From Caulobacteraceae bacterium (GTDB taxonomy: Bacteria; Pseudomonadota; Alphaproteobacteria; Caulobacterales; Caulobacteraceae): a stretch of 64,000 nt of DNA. Both the position numbers and the translations under genes were made by a program. Numbering within the stretch: the first letter of the stretch is position 1; each line of letters begins with the position of its first letter. The notes beneath the pieces were generated by a model that saw only the letters and a program-made list of their open reading frames with translations, searched no databases and was not told where the DNA came from. The stretch is from positions 1,329,361 to 1,393,360 of the forward strand of contig OZ240678.1 in NCBI GenBank assembly GCA_965198905.1. Reading direction: 5' to 3'. Of the stretch, positions 28,062 to 37,219 are shown piece by piece.

Positions 28062-28952
28062 ATGCGGTCAGCGATGATTTTGGCGAGCGCCCTGCTGGCC
28101 TCGGCCGGCGTGGCGCAGGCGGGCGGCTTTGGCGGCGGCGGCCATGGGGGCGGTGGTCAAGGAGGAGGTGGTTTCCACGGCGGCGGAGTCGGCGGCGGCG
28201 GTCGGGGCGGCGCCTATGTCGGTTCGGTGGCGGGCGCCAGCGCCCAGTCCCACAGCAGCGCCTTCGCCACCTCCACCGCGGGCGGCGGATCGAGCTTCAG
28301 GAACGGCGGTTTCACCCGCTTCGGCAGCGGCGGACAGGCCTGGGGCTTCAACCATACGGGCGGCGGTTATGGCCGATCGCGCTATGGCGGCGGCCAGGAG
28401 TATGGCGGGCGGCAGGACGGCGGCTACCACAATCAGGGCCACGGCGGCGGCTACGCCCCAGGGGGTTACGGGCGGGGCGGCTATGGGCAGGGAGGCTACG
28501 GCCATGGCGGTTACGGCCGGTACGGCTATGACCACGCGCTAAGCTTTGGCGCCGGTGCGGGGCTCGGTCTGTACGCCGGTGGTTACGGCTCTCCCTACGG
28601 CGGCTACGGCTATGGTGGAGACGGCGGCTACGGCGGAGGTGGCTACGGCGGCTATGAAGCTGGCGAGTCTTATGGCGATGGCGGTTACGGGGAGGCCGCG
28701 TACGGCCCCGAGCAACCCTATAGCCCCGAGCAACCCTACGGCCAGGAGGGCGGCTACAGCTATCCCGAACAAGGCTATGCGCAGGGCCCGGCCTATGGCG
28801 GGTCTCCGATCCTCAATTACGGCGCGTCCGGCGAAGGCGCTTACGCCTACGGCTATAACGGCTACGCCGAAACGCCAGACCTGAACCTGCCGCAGGCGAG
28901 CTACACCGGCTATGCGAGCTACGGATATGCGCCCCCCGCCTGCGGCTGCTAA
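28062..28952 (+). CDS. Secreted Gly/Tyr-rich low-complexity protein
   Basis: GGAGG lies 7 nt before ATG 28062. Signal peptide MRSAMILASALLASAGVAQA, then ~275 aa dominated by G and Y (GGGHGGGGQGGGGFHGGG, GGYGQGGYGHGGYGRYGY, GYGYGGDGGYGGGGYGGYE). Ends in ...PPACGC. Confidence 0.7.
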   Translation: MRSAMILASALLASAGVAQAGGFGGGGHGGGGQGGGGFHGGGVGGGGRGGAYVGSVAGASAQSHSSAFATSTAGGGSSFRNGGFTRFGSGGQAWGFNHTGGGYGRSRYGGGQEYGGRQDGGYHNQGHGGGYAPGGYGRGGYGQGGYGHGGYGRYGYDHALSFGAGAGLGLYAGGYGSPYGGYGYGGDGGYGGGGYGGYEAGESYGDGGYGEAAYGPEQPYSPEQPYGQEGGYSYPEQGYAQGPAYGGSPILNYGASGEGAYAYGYNGYAETPDLNLPQASYTGYASYGYAPPACGC

Positions 28953-28979
28953 GCCCATCGCAGATGGAGCTTCATCGGC

Positions 28980-29864
28980 TCAGTAAGGCATGAGGTCCTG
29001 CTGGCGGCGCCGAACCAGCGTCGCCAGCCACCGTCCCACCGCTCGCACCCGGGCGGTTCCCGCCACGTCGCGGTGGGTGCTCACCCAGAACTGCCGGGTG
29101 AACAGCACCTCTCGCTCCAGCACCCTCACCAAGCCTTGGGACATGAAGCACGGCAGCACGCCGAGACCCGCCCCTGACAGGATGATCTCGCGCTGAGCCC
29201 GGATCGAGGTGCTGGACAGAATGGGTTGCAGCCCGGCGTGGACCTCGTTCAGATAGCGCAGCTGCGGGGCGTAGATCAGATCGTCGATATAGCCAACCAG
29301 CTCCCGGCGCACGAGATCGGCGGTTCGTTCGGGTGCGCCGCACCGGTCGAGATAGGCCGGCGAGGCGTAGAGGGCCAGCTGGTAGTCGGTTAGGGGTTCG
29401 ACCACGAGCCGCGCCTCCGAGGGCGCGCTCAGCGTGACCGCCATGTCCACCTCCCGGCGGGCGAGGGACAGGAAGCCGGCGTTGGCCGCCAGCTCGATCC
29501 TCAATCCACTGTACTGCAGGCGCAGATCGCCCAGGGCCGGAGCCAGGATGGCGCCGCCGAAGCCCTCTGCCACGCTGAGACGGACCGTACCGCCGATGGC
29601 GTCGGCCACTGCGGCGTCGGTCGCTGTGGCGATGGCGCTTTCGGCCGCCAGCGCGATCTCGTGCAACCTCACGCCAGACGAGGTGAGCGCCAGCCCGGAT
29701 GCCGAGCGGGTCAGCAGCGTGGACTTAAGCGCGCTCTCCAGCCGGCTGACGCGCCGGCCCACGGTCGCGGCGTCCACCCCAAGCCGCCCTGCAGCCAGGG
29801 TGAGGCTGCCCGCCCGGGCCGCGGCGAGGAAGATGCGGAGGTCGTCCCAGTCGAAGCTGCTCAT
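28980..29864 (-). CDS. LysR-family transcriptional regulator (divergent from mmsA)
   Basis: 294 aa. N-terminal HTH FDWDDLRIFLAAARAGSLTLAAGRLGVDAATVGRRVSRLE and a LysR substrate-binding domain. Confidence 0.88.
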   Translation of the reverse strand: MSSFDWDDLRIFLAAARAGSLTLAAGRLGVDAATVGRRVSRLESALKSTLLTRSASGLALTSSGVRLHEIALAAESAIATATDAAVADAIGGTVRLSVAEGFGGAILAPALGDLRLQYSGLRIELAANAGFLSLARREVDMAVTLSAPSEARLVVEPLTDYQLALYASPAYLDRCGAPERTADLVRRELVGYIDDLIYAPQLRYLNEVHAGLQPILSSTSIRAQREIILSGAGLGVLPCFMSQGLVRVLEREVLFTRQFWVSTHRDVAGTARVRAVGRWLATLVRRRQQDLMPY

Positions 29865-29950
29865 GCAATCCTGCAGGGGTGGAGGCGCGTTTTTGCAGTA
29901 TCCGCTTTTCGCTTCAGATGGTAGCGACGCCGGGTTCGAGGAGGATCGCC

Positions 29951-31456
29951 ATGCGCGAGGTTCAGCATTTTGTCGGCGGCCATGCGCTGGCGGGCGCCTC
30001 CGGCCGTTTCGCCGACATCTACGATCCCAATATCGGCGAGGTGCAGGCGCGGGTGGCGCTGGCCTCCGTCGAGGAAATGGACGCCGCCGTACAGGTCGCG
30101 GCGAAGGCGCAAGGTCCCTGGGCGGCGACCAACCCCCAGCGCCGCGCCCGGGTGATGTTCGAGTTCAAGCGGCTGGTCGAGGCCAATATGACCGAGCTGG
30201 CGGAGCTGCTCTCCAGCGAGCACGGCAAGGTGGTGGCCGATAGCAAGGGCGACGTTCAGCGCGGGCTGGAGGTGATCGAGTTCGCCTGCGGCATCCCGCA
30301 CGCCCTGAAGGGCGAGTACACCGAAGGCGCCGGCCCGGGCATCGACGTCTATTCCATGCGCCAGCCCCTGGGCGTGGTGGCGGGCATCACGCCGTTCAAC
30401 TTCCCCGCCATGATCCCGATGTGGATGTTCGGGGTGGCGATCGCGGTCGGCAACAGCTTCATCCTGAAGCCCAGCGAGCGCGACCCCTCCGTGCCGGTCC
30501 GCCTGGCCGAGCTGATGATGGAGGCTGGCGCGCCGGAGGGGGTGCTGAACGTGGTTCACGGCGACAAGGTCGCGGTGGACGCCATCCTGCACCATCCCGA
30601 CATCAAGGCGGTCAGCTTCGTCGGCTCCTCCGACATCGCGCAATATGTCTATGTGACGGGCGCGCAGAACGGCAAGCGGGTCCAGGCCATGGGCGGGGCC
30701 AAGAACCACGGCGTCATCCTGCCCGACGCCGACATGGACCAGGTGGTCAAGGACCTGTCGGGCGCGGCCTTCGGCTCGGCGGGCGAGCGGTGCATGGCCC
30801 TGCCGGTGGCGGTCCCCGTGGGCAAGAAGACCGCCGACGAGCTGCGCGAGCGCATGGTGGCCGAGATGGAGACGCTGAAGGTCGGCGTGTCCAGCGACGC
30901 CGGCGCCCAGTACGGCCCCGTCGTTTCCGCGGCCCACCGCCAGCGTATCGCCGACTATATCGGCATGGGCGTGGAGGAAGGCGCCGAGCTGGTGGTGGAC
31001 GGGCGCGGCTTCGCGCTGCAGGGCTATGAGAAGGGCTTCTTCATTGGGCCGACCCTGTTCGACCACGTCAAGCCGACCATGACGTCGTATCAGGACGAGA
31101 TCTTCGGCCCCGTCCTGCAGCTGGTGCGCGCCGACAGCTTCGAGGAGGCCCTGGCCCTGCCCTCCCGGCACCAGTACGGCAACGGGGTGGCGATCTACAC
31201 CCAGAACGGCCGCGCGGCGCGCGACTTCGCGGCGCGGGTGAACGTCGGCATGGTGGGCATCAACGTGCCTATTCCCGTGCCGGTGGCCTATCACACCTTC
31301 GGCGGCTGGAAGCGCTCCGCCTTCGGCGACACCAACCAGCACGGCATGGAGGGCGTGAAGTTCTGGACCAAGATCAAGACCATCACCTCCCGCTGGCCGG
31401 ACAGCTCGCTGGAAGCCCACGCCGACTCCAGCTTCGTCATCCCGACGATGCAGTGA
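29951..31456 (+). CDS. mmsA: Methylmalonate-semialdehyde dehydrogenase (CoA-acylating)
   Basis: Start at MREVQHFVGG (gaggagga upstream). GITPFNFPAMIPMWMF, FVGSS, GERCMA and the typical C-terminal KTITSRWP. Confidence 0.93.
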   Translation: MREVQHFVGGHALAGASGRFADIYDPNIGEVQARVALASVEEMDAAVQVAAKAQGPWAATNPQRRARVMFEFKRLVEANMTELAELLSSEHGKVVADSKGDVQRGLEVIEFACGIPHALKGEYTEGAGPGIDVYSMRQPLGVVAGITPFNFPAMIPMWMFGVAIAVGNSFILKPSERDPSVPVRLAELMMEAGAPEGVLNVVHGDKVAVDAILHHPDIKAVSFVGSSDIAQYVYVTGAQNGKRVQAMGGAKNHGVILPDADMDQVVKDLSGAAFGSAGERCMALPVAVPVGKKTADELRERMVAEMETLKVGVSSDAGAQYGPVVSAAHRQRIADYIGMGVEEGAELVVDGRGFALQGYEKGFFIGPTLFDHVKPTMTSYQDEIFGPVLQLVRADSFEEALALPSRHQYGNGVAIYTQNGRAARDFAARVNVGMVGINVPIPVPVAYHTFGGWKRSAFGDTNQHGMEGVKFWTKIKTITSRWPDSSLEAHADSSFVIPTMQ

Positions 31457-31501
31457 GCGAGGCTGTCGGATCGTCTGACGTGATCTCCGAGCCCTCATTC
31501 G

Positions 31502-31581
31502 GCCTCATCCTGAGCCCGTAGAAGGACGGGGCCGCGGCACGCCCGGTGGACGCCTCGTCCTTCGACAAGCTCAGGATGAGG
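31502..31581. repeat. Family-C palindromic element, copy C1 (inside the operon, mmsA / acyl-CoA DH gap)
   Basis: gcctcatcctgagcccgtagaaggacgggg ... gcctcgtccttcgacaagctcaggatgaggc. These are ~30-bp inverted arms of the 'SFDKLRMR'-type repeat. Same arms as at 44463-44555. Confidence 0.8.
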
Positions 31582-31623
31582 CGACTGCCGGCGTGGCGGC
31601 TATCAGGAGCGGAGGCAAGCTGA

Positions 31624-32763
31624 ATGGACTTCGCCCTCAACGACGATCAGACCGCGATCTGGGATGCGGCCAGGAGCTTCGCCGACGCCGAGCTCGCGCC
31701 CCATTCCGCGCGCTGGGACGAGGAGCACCACTTTCCCGTCGACGTGATGCGCAAGGCCGCGGAACTCGGCTTTGCGGGGCTGTACGTGCGCGAGGACGTG
31801 GGCGGTTCGGCGCTCACCCGGCTCGACGCGACGCTGGTGTTCGAGGCTTTGAGCTACGGCGACGTGGCGACGGCGGCCTTCATCTCCATTCACAACATGG
31901 CGAGCTGGATGATCGACCGGTTCGGCTCCGAGGCGCTGCGCCGGCGCTTCCTGCCGCGCATGACCACCATGGAGCTGATCGGCTCGTACTGCCTGACCGA
32001 GCCGGGGTCGGGCTCCGACGCTGCGGCGCTGCGCACCACGGCACGGCTGGACGGCGACCACTATGTGCTGAACGGCGCCAAGGCCTTCATCTCCGGCGCC
32101 GGGACCAGCGACGTCTATGTCTGCATGGTGCGGACCGGCGGCGAAGGGCCGAAGGGCGTCTCGACGCTGGTGGTCGAGACCGGGACACCGGGCCTCTCCT
32201 TCGGCGCGCCGGAGCGCAAGATGGGCTGGAACGCCCAACCGACCGCGGTGGTGAACTTCGACGATTGCCGCGTACCGGCGGAGAACCTCGTCGGCGTGGA
32301 GGGCGAGGGGTTCCGCATCGCCATGTCGGGGCTGGACGGTGGGCGGCTGAACATCGGCGCCTGCTCCCTCGGGGGCGCCCAGCTCGCGCTCGACACCGCC
32401 CAGGCCTACGTGCAGACCCGCAAGCAGTTCGGCCGCGCCCTGTCGGACTTCCAGGCCCTGCAGTTCAAGCTGGCCGACATGGCGACCGAGCTGGAGGCCG
32501 CGCGGCTGATGATCCGCAACGCCGCCGACGCGCTGGACCGCAAGCACCGCGACGCCACCAAGCTCTGCGCCATGGCCAAGCGGTTCGCGACCGACACCGG
32601 CTCGCGCGTCGCTAACGACGCCCTGCAGCTGCACGGCGGCTACGGCTATCTCAAGGACTACCCGCTGGAGCGGATCGTGCGGGACCTGCGCGTGCATCAG
32701 ATCCTGGAAGGGACCAACGAGATCATGCGCGTGATCACCGCCCGCGAAATGCTGCGCCAATGA
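31624..32763 (+). CDS. Acyl-CoA dehydrogenase (isobutyryl-CoA dehydrogenase by context)
   Basis: 379 aa. CLTEPGSGSDAAALRTTA, QLHGGYGYLKDYPLERIVRDLRVHQILEGTNEIMR. Confidence 0.88.
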   Translation: MDFALNDDQTAIWDAARSFADAELAPHSARWDEEHHFPVDVMRKAAELGFAGLYVREDVGGSALTRLDATLVFEALSYGDVATAAFISIHNMASWMIDRFGSEALRRRFLPRMTTMELIGSYCLTEPGSGSDAAALRTTARLDGDHYVLNGAKAFISGAGTSDVYVCMVRTGGEGPKGVSTLVVETGTPGLSFGAPERKMGWNAQPTAVVNFDDCRVPAENLVGVEGEGFRIAMSGLDGGRLNIGACSLGGAQLALDTAQAYVQTRKQFGRALSDFQALQFKLADMATELEAARLMIRNAADALDRKHRDATKLCAMAKRFATDTGSRVANDALQLHGGYGYLKDYPLERIVRDLRVHQILEGTNEIMRVITAREMLRQ

Positions 32764-32779
32764 GGGGAGCGGGCTCCTT

Positions 32780-32916
32780 ATCCTTTCATGCGCAGCGGGA
32801 AAGGAGGACCACGTGCAGCGTGGTGGAGGGGGCGTCCAGCCCGCCGTCGCGCCCAGGGAGACCCCTCCGTCACGGCGCTTGGCGCCGCGCCACTTCCCCC
32901 GCTTCGCAGGGGAGGA
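32780..32916. repeat. Family-A composite palindromic repeat, copy A3 (inside the valine operon)
   Basis: atcctttcatgcgcagcgggaaaggaggaccacgtgcagcgtggtggaggggg ... cccctccgtcacggcgcttggcgccgcgccacttcccccgcttcgcaggggagga. Its right-hand GGGGAGGA lies 8 nt upstream of the next start codon. Confidence 0.8.
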
Positions 32917-32923
32917 TGACCTG

Positions 32924-34000
32924 ATGAGCGAACTTCCTGTCATCGCGCGGGCGGAGGGCGGTTGGGGGCGGCTGACGCTGAACCGGCCGGCGGCGCTTCA
33001 CGCACTGACCACCGAGATGTGCGAGATCATGAGCCAAGCCTTGCTGAGCTGGCGCGATGACCCGGCGGTTCGGGCGATCATGCTCGACCACACCGGGCCG
33101 CGGGGCTTCTGCGCCGGCGGAGACATCCGGATGATCATGCAGAGCGGCGCGCAGGATGGAGTGGCCGCCCGCGCCTTCTTCGCCGAGGAGTACCGGCTGA
33201 ACGCGCTGCTATTCGGCTACGAGAAGCCCGTCGCAGCGATCATGGACGGAGTGGTGATGGGCGGCGGTGTCGGCATCTCCGCGCCCGCCACCTACCGCGT
33301 GGCCACCGAGCGCACCGTCTTCGCCATGCCCGAGACCGGCATCGGCCTGTTTCCCGATGTAGGCGGGGGCTGGTTCCTGCCCCGGCTTCCTGGCGAAACG
33401 GGGATGTGGCTGGCGCTGACCGGGGCGAGGCTTAAGGCGGCGGACTGCCTGCTGCTGGGGCTGGCCACCGACTATGTGGAGCAGGCGAACGTCGATGCGC
33501 TAAAGGCTGCGCTGCTCGCGGCCCCCGACGCGCTCGACACGATCCTGACCGAGTTCGAAGCGGAAGCGGGCGAGCCGGCGATCGCGCGTCATCGCCAGGC
33601 TATCGACCGGCTGTTCGGCGGCGACAGCGTGGAGGCGATCTTCCAGGCCCTGGCCGACGACGGAGGCGAGTGGGCGCTGGCGCAGCTCGTCATCCTGAAT
33701 ACCAAGTCGCCCCAGGCGCTGAAGGTCGCCTTCCGCCAGCTCCGCCAGGGCCGCGACATGGAGAGCTTCGAAGCCGAGATGGCGGTGGAATACCGCCTCG
33801 CCTGCCGCGTCTCCCGCTCGGCCGACTTCCGCGAGGGCGTGCGTGCGGTGATCGTGGACAAGGACAATGCGCCCCGTTGGACGCCCTCGACCCTTGATGG
33901 CGTCACCGAGGCCAGCCTGGACGCCATCTTCGAACCCCTGCCGGAGGGCGAGGCGTGGACGCCGCACCCCGCCGGCGCATCGACAGGAGCCGCCGCTTGA
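32924..34000 (+). CDS. Enoyl-CoA hydratase/isomerase family protein (3-hydroxyisobutyryl-CoA hydrolase type)
   Basis: Start at MSELPV (ATG 32924). RLTLNRPAALHALT, FCAGGDIR, MGGGVGIS, MPETGIGLFPDVGG, ~358 aa, typical HIBCH length. The ORF-track N-terminal extension is read through repeat A3. Confidence 0.85.
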   Translation: MSELPVIARAEGGWGRLTLNRPAALHALTTEMCEIMSQALLSWRDDPAVRAIMLDHTGPRGFCAGGDIRMIMQSGAQDGVAARAFFAEEYRLNALLFGYEKPVAAIMDGVVMGGGVGISAPATYRVATERTVFAMPETGIGLFPDVGGGWFLPRLPGETGMWLALTGARLKAADCLLLGLATDYVEQANVDALKAALLAAPDALDTILTEFEAEAGEPAIARHRQAIDRLFGGDSVEAIFQALADDGGEWALAQLVILNTKSPQALKVAFRQLRQGRDMESFEAEMAVEYRLACRVSRSADFREGVRAVIVDKDNAPRWTPSTLDGVTEASLDAIFEPLPEGEAWTPHPAGASTGAAA

Positions 34001-34914
34001 GCCGCATCGCCTTCATCGGCCTCGGGAACATGGGCGCCGGGATGGCGGCCAACCAGGCCAAGGCCGGCCACGAGGTCCGCGCCTTCGACCTCAGCGGCCA
34101 GGCGGTGGAGCGCGCGGTCCAGGCCGGGTGCGCGGCGGCGGCGTCTGCGGCGGCCGCCGTGGACGGCGCCGAGGTGGTGCTGACCATGCTGCCGGCCGGC
34201 GCCCATGTGCGCCAGGTGTTCGCTGACGAGGTGCTGCCGAACGCGGCCAGGTCCGCCCTGCTGATCGACTGCTCCACCATCGACGTGGACAGCGCCCGCG
34301 CAGTGGCGGCCCAGGCGAAGGAGGCCGGGCTCGCCTTCGCCGACGCGCCGGTGTCCGGCGGGATCGCGGCGGCGGAAGCGGGCTCGCTGACCTTCATGGT
34401 CGGATGCGACGAGGCGCGCTTCGCCGACGTGCAGGCGGCGCTGAAGCCCATGGCCAAGGCGGTGGTCCACGCCGGCGAGGCGGGCGCTGGCCAGGCGGCC
34501 AAGATCTGCAACAACATGGTGCTGGGCGTCTCGATGCTGGGCGTGTGCGAGGGGTTCGCCCTGGCCGAGCGGCTCGGATTGAAGGCCGACAAGTTCTTCG
34601 ACATCGCCTCCCAGTCGTCGGGCCAGTGCTGGTCGATCTCCAGCTACTGCCCTTGGCCGGGAGTCGGGCCCGCCTCGCCGTCGGACCGCGGCTATGAGGG
34701 CGGCTTCCTGACCAAGCTCATGCTGAAGGACCTCAAGCTCGCCCAGGCCGCCGCGGCGAGCGCGGGCGCGGCCACGCCCATGGGCGCCCAGGCCGAGGGG
34801 CTGTACGCCATGTTCGAGCGGCTGGGCTATGGCGACAAGGACTTCTCCGCCGTGCTGCAGCTGATGCGCGGCCATCTCGACGAGCTGGACGTGAGCGCCC
34901 GAGGCGGTGGGTGA
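33997..34914 (+). CDS. mmsB: 3-hydroxyisobutyrate dehydrogenase
   Basis: TTG start overlapping the upstream stop (TTGA), with acaggag as SD. SRIAFIGLGNMGAGMAANQAKAGHEV, DAPVSGG, KICNNM. Confidence 0.88.
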   Translation: MSRIAFIGLGNMGAGMAANQAKAGHEVRAFDLSGQAVERAVQAGCAAAASAAAAVDGAEVVLTMLPAGAHVRQVFADEVLPNAARSALLIDCSTIDVDSARAVAAQAKEAGLAFADAPVSGGIAAAEAGSLTFMVGCDEARFADVQAALKPMAKAVVHAGEAGAGQAAKICNNMVLGVSMLGVCEGFALAERLGLKADKFFDIASQSSGQCWSISSYCPWPGVGPASPSDRGYEGGFLTKLMLKDLKLAQAAAASAGAATPMGAQAEGLYAMFERLGYGDKDFSAVLQLMRGHLDELDVSARGGG

Positions 34915-34952
34915 GCGGGGGTGGTTGATGGGCGGCGGTTGAGGATCAGGCC

Positions 34953-35735
34953 ATGAGCGAACACCAGACCATCATCCTGGAGCCGACCGACGACGGCGTC
35001 GCCCTGATCCGGCTGAACCGGCCCGAAGCTCTGAACGCGCTGAACGGCCAGTTGATGGCGGAGCTGTCCACCTGCATCGCCGCGCTGGATACCGACGACG
35101 CCGTGCGCTGCCTGGTGCTGACAGGCTCCGACAAGGCCTTCGCCGCCGGGGCCGACATCAAGGAGATGCAGGCCAAGACCTACGCCCAGGCCTTCAAGGA
35201 GGACTACTTCACCGAGACCTCGGAGCGGATCGTGCGGTCTCGCAAGCCGATCATCGCGGCGGTGGCGGGCTATGCGCTGGGCGGCGGGTGCGAGCTGGCC
35301 ATGATGTGCGACTTCATCATCGCCGCCGAAAACGCCAGGTTCGGCCAGCCGGAGATCAACCTCGGGGTCATGCCGGGCATAGGCGGCACCCAGCGCCTGA
35401 CCCGGCTGGTGGGCAAGTCCAAGGCTATGGACATGATGCTGACCGCCCGGATGATGGACGCGGCCGAGGCGGAACGCGCCGGCCTCGTCAGCCGGGTCGT
35501 GCCGCTGGACAGGCTGATGGACGAGGCGATGGCCGCGGCCAGGAAGATTGCCTCGCTGTCGCCCCTCGCGGTGGTGATGAACAAGGAACTGGTCGACACC
35601 GCGCTGGAGACCACCCTGACCGAGGGCATCAAGGTCGAACGCCGCCTGTTCCACTCCCTGTTCGCCTTCGAAGACCAGAAGGAAGGCATGGCCGCCTTCG
35701 TCGAGAAGCGGAAACCGCAGTTCAAGGGAAGTTAA
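34953..35735 (+). CDS. Enoyl-CoA hydratase (crotonase)
   Basis: 260 aa. [58 protein letters not shown]. Confidence 0.9.
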   Translation: MSEHQTIILEPTDDGVALIRLNRPEALNALNGQLMAELSTCIAALDTDDAVRCLVLTGSDKAFAAGADIKEMQAKTYAQAFKEDYFTETSERIVRSRKPIIAAVAGYALGGGCELAMMCDFIIAAENARFGQPEINLGVMPGIGGTQRLTRLVGKSKAMDMMLTARMMDAAEAERAGLVSRVVPLDRLMDEAMAAARKIASLSPLAVVMNKELVDTALETTLTEGIKVERRLFHSLFAFEDQKEGMAAFVEKRKPQFKGS

Positions 35736-35843
35736 GTGCGCCGGAGGTGTTCGGACCTGCAACAAGGCTGCTTTGCATCGCGTTGACCCTGACCCGCCGC
35801 TATGCCAGCCACGGTTCTGGACTTCGCTGCATAGAGGCCACCT

Positions 35844-36410
35844 GTGACAACCCCGTTCATTGTCGGCCTCGGCGGCACCCTGCGCCCCGACTCCTCCACC
35901 GAGAAGGCGCTGCGCGTCGTTCTCGCCGCGGCGGAGGCGGCGGGGGCGAGGACGCTGTTGATCGGCGGCGAGGCCCTCGATCTGCCGCTCTACGCCCCTC
36001 ACCTGTCGGAACGCCATGAGAAGGCGCGCGCCCTGGTCGAGGCGCTGCGGCAGGCGGACGGCGTGGTGCTGGGCTCGCCGGGATACCACGGGGCGATCTC
36101 GGGCCAGGTGAAGAACGCCATCGACTATGTCGAGGACATGAGCCGGGACCCCCGGCCCTACCTGTCCGGGCGCGCAGTCGGCTGCGTGGCGACGGCCGCG
36201 GGCTGGCAGGCGGCGGTCACCACCCTGACCGGCCTGCGCGGGGTGGTGCATGCGCTGCGCGGATGGCCGACGCCGCTAGGCGTCGCGATCAACACCGCCG
36301 AACCCGCCTTCGACGCGTCGGGGGCCTGCCTGTCGCCCCGCGTGCAGGAGTCGCTTGATCGGGTCGCCAGCGAACTGATGCAGTTCGCCGGCTGGACCGC
36401 CGGGACGTAG
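35844..36410 (+). CDS. NAD(P)H-dependent FMN reductase family oxidoreductase
   Basis: 188 aa. GLGGTLRPDSSTEKAL, ADGVVLGSPGYHGAISGQVKNAIDY. Confidence 0.75.
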   Translation: MTTPFIVGLGGTLRPDSSTEKALRVVLAAAEAAGARTLLIGGEALDLPLYAPHLSERHEKARALVEALRQADGVVLGSPGYHGAISGQVKNAIDYVEDMSRDPRPYLSGRAVGCVATAAGWQAAVTTLTGLRGVVHALRGWPTPLGVAINTAEPAFDASGACLSPRVQESLDRVASELMQFAGWTAGT

Positions 36411-36507
36411 CGGCGGCCTGCATGTCGGGGCGCCCCGAATGAACTTGGGCCGGCGCCGGCTACGACCGTTCGGCGCAAGGGGTCATATGACGACGCCGGG
36501 TAGTTAG

Positions 36508-36745
36508 GTGTGGGTCGATCTGCTCAGCAACCCGTGGGATCCGCGCCTCGGCTCGGGCGAGTTGAGCTTCGATGCCGGCCTGCGCCTGCGCTACAAGATT
36601 AACCCGCAAGTTCGCCCCATATGTCGGGGTCACCCGCGAGAAAGCTTTCGCCGCAGCACCGACGATGCACGCGCGGCGGGCGACCTGCGCTTACCAGCGG
36701 TGGTGCGATCAGCCGAGGTTGGGATGCGGGCCGACGGACCCGCCC
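36508..36745 (+). pseudogene. Remnant of the C-terminal end of a CopB-family (copper-resistance B) outer-membrane protein, frameshifted
   Basis: Frame 1 reads ...DPRLGSGELSFDAGLRLRYKI. Frame 2 continues RKFAPYVGVTREKAF. Frame 1 resumes ...RSTDDARAAGD. Together these resemble the conserved CopB C-terminus (GLGSGLSD-LE-GLRLRYEI-REFAPYIGV-W-RKFG-TAD-ARA-GE). Only ~75 codons remain, with no N-terminal 200+ aa. Confidence 0.5.
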
Positions 36746-36753
36746 CGTCCTGG

Positions 36754-37053
36754 TCAGTGCGCGGCTTGATAAGCCTTGTCGCCGGCCTTTTCGGCGGCCT
36801 TGCCGGCCATGGCGGCGTTCTTGCCGGCGGCCTGGGCGGTGTCGGCGGCGACCTTGGCGCTGAGCGTGCCCGGCTGGGCGTCGACGGCGTTCTGGGCCGC
36901 CCCCGCCGCCTGCTGGGCCGCGGCGGCCGTCTGGTTGGCGGCCTCGGCCGCGTCGGCGGCCGCATTGGCGGCCTTCTGCTGGTTCTGAGCCCCGTGACAT
37001 GCGCTCAGGGTCAGAGCTGCGCCCAAGGCGACCGCCACTTTCAGACAGCTCAT
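36754..37053 (-). CDS. Small Ala/Gln-rich lipoprotein
   Basis: MSCLKVAVALGAALTLSAC (lipobox), followed by a helical low-complexity region AANAAADAAEAANQTAAAAQQAAGAAQNA. 99 aa. Confidence 0.55.
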   Translation of the reverse strand: MSCLKVAVALGAALTLSACHGAQNQQKAANAAADAAEAANQTAAAAQQAAGAAQNAVDAQPGTLSAKVAADTAQAAGKNAAMAGKAAEKAGDKAYQAAH

Positions 37054-37219
37054 CGGTTCATCCCCAGGCCAAATCCAGCCTATTGTTTTTAAGCTGAGCC
37101 GGGCGGCGGAGTCGATGCTTATTCGCCGTCGGGTCCGGGCTGCTTTAGTCGTCGCATCGATCATGGCCGCGCCGATTAGCGCGCGCCGCCTGAACTCTTG
37201 AAGATCTGGGACCCGATCC

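Noticed and set aside
28068-28958. Minus-strand ORFs (155 and 139 aa) and plus-strand alternate frames over the Gly/Tyr-rich gene
   Set aside because: They are Ala/Val/Pro mirror translations of GGC/TAC-rich codons. Only the 28062 frame has an SD, a signal peptide and a stop in a sensible context.
29861-36251. Long minus-strand ORFs across the valine-catabolism operon (29861-31498, 31603-32943, 33589-34875, 34827-36251)
   Set aside because: They mirror the mmsA, acyl-CoA DH, HIBCH, mmsB and crotonase genes, whose plus-strand products have textbook motifs.
36599-37000. Arg/Pro/Gly-rich ORFs (133, 111, 80, 70 aa) overlapping the small lipoprotein gene and the CopB remnant
   Set aside because: They are alternate-frame or antisense readings of a GCC/GCG-rich Ala-repeat coding region. 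They have extreme composition and no start signals.
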